From contig CP158635.1 of assembly GCA_050273025.1 (NCBI GenBank), positions 13,020,001 through 13,084,000 on the forward strand: DNA of 64,000 nt, given 5' to 3'. The notes under the pieces are model-generated. The model ran no database searches and was not told where the DNA came from. It saw only the letters and a list, made by a program, of their open reading frames with translations. Of the stretch, positions 63,717-64,000 are shown one piece after another. Position numbers and translations under genes: made by a program. This stretch comes from Cenococcum geophilum. Its lineage: Eukaryota. Position 1 is the first letter of the stretch, and each line of letters opens with the position of its first letter.

Positions 63717-64000
63717 AATTATATAGTGCTGAGATAAAGCTATTAATTTTTTAGGGGGACCAGTATAGAAATTGTTATTATTAAGTAAAATTTTAAAAGG
63801 GATTTAAAATGAAGATTAAGATAGTGCTAATGTTGTTATTATTATTAGAGTTACTATTACTTTATAGCTTTTAAAAGCTTTAGGGGGGAATTAAAGGTCT
63901 TTTTAAGTGCATATTAGTCCTCCCTTCGCTACTAGCTCTCGCCTATTACCCTTTACCTTTTACCCCTTATCTAGGTTTCTTATTAAATTAAAGTATTTAA

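Larger units (their letters stand above)
11775..64000. mobile_element. Interior of a RIP-degenerated Starship-like giant transposon (boundaries not in view; may extend to position 1)
   Basis: PLP, DUF3723 and FRE relics occur together among uniformly RIP-mutated non-TE genes. No captain or terminal repeat identified. Confidence 0.65.

Noticed and set aside
1..64000. Starship captain (DUF3435 tyrosine recombinase) or element terminus
   Set aside because: No matching motifs in the regions I translated. It may lie outside the window or be too degraded to see.
1..64000. Alternative genetic code with TAA/TAG read-through, or organellar DNA
   Set aside because: Stops come with systematic D>N, E>K and C/H>Y changes, and paired repeats differ almost only by transitions. 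That is the RIP signature, not recoding.

Overview
AT-rich fungal (ascomycete-type) DNA heavily altered by repeat-induced point mutation (RIP). TpA is abundant, CpA/TpG are scarce, and nearly every reading frame carries TAA/TAG at positions where Gln or Trp codons fit. I found no intact gene, and the supplied ORFs are fragments, antisense shadows or repeat artefacts. Manual translation through the stops shows a backbone of dead genes: a poly-C2H2 zinc-finger gene, a patatin-like phospholipase head-to-head with a DUF3723-type gene, a ferric-reductase-like gene, two MADS-box-like genes, a chromodomain-like gene, a PAM2-motif gene, a kinase-like gene, an F-box/ankyrin gene, a Myb/SANT gene and several unknowns. 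PLP + DUF3723 + FRE are the recognised auxiliary genes of Starship giant transposons, so the window is most likely the interior of a RIP-killed Starship-like element. No captain (DUF3435) or element boundary was seen. Nested insertions with visible target-site duplications (TSDs): one full-length and two 5'-truncated Tad1-type LINEs, a gag-only LTR element inside the patatin gene, solo LTRs at three loci, and a 2-kb TIR element made almost entirely of tandem repeats. The most unexplained structure is a ~950-bp intergenic array of a near-palindromic TCC(C/T)(A/G)TA(C/T)GGA motif whose spacings are all near-multiples of about 17 bp. Protein family calls come from motifs recognised by eye after reverting RIP changes, with no database search. 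Pseudogene ends are approximate.
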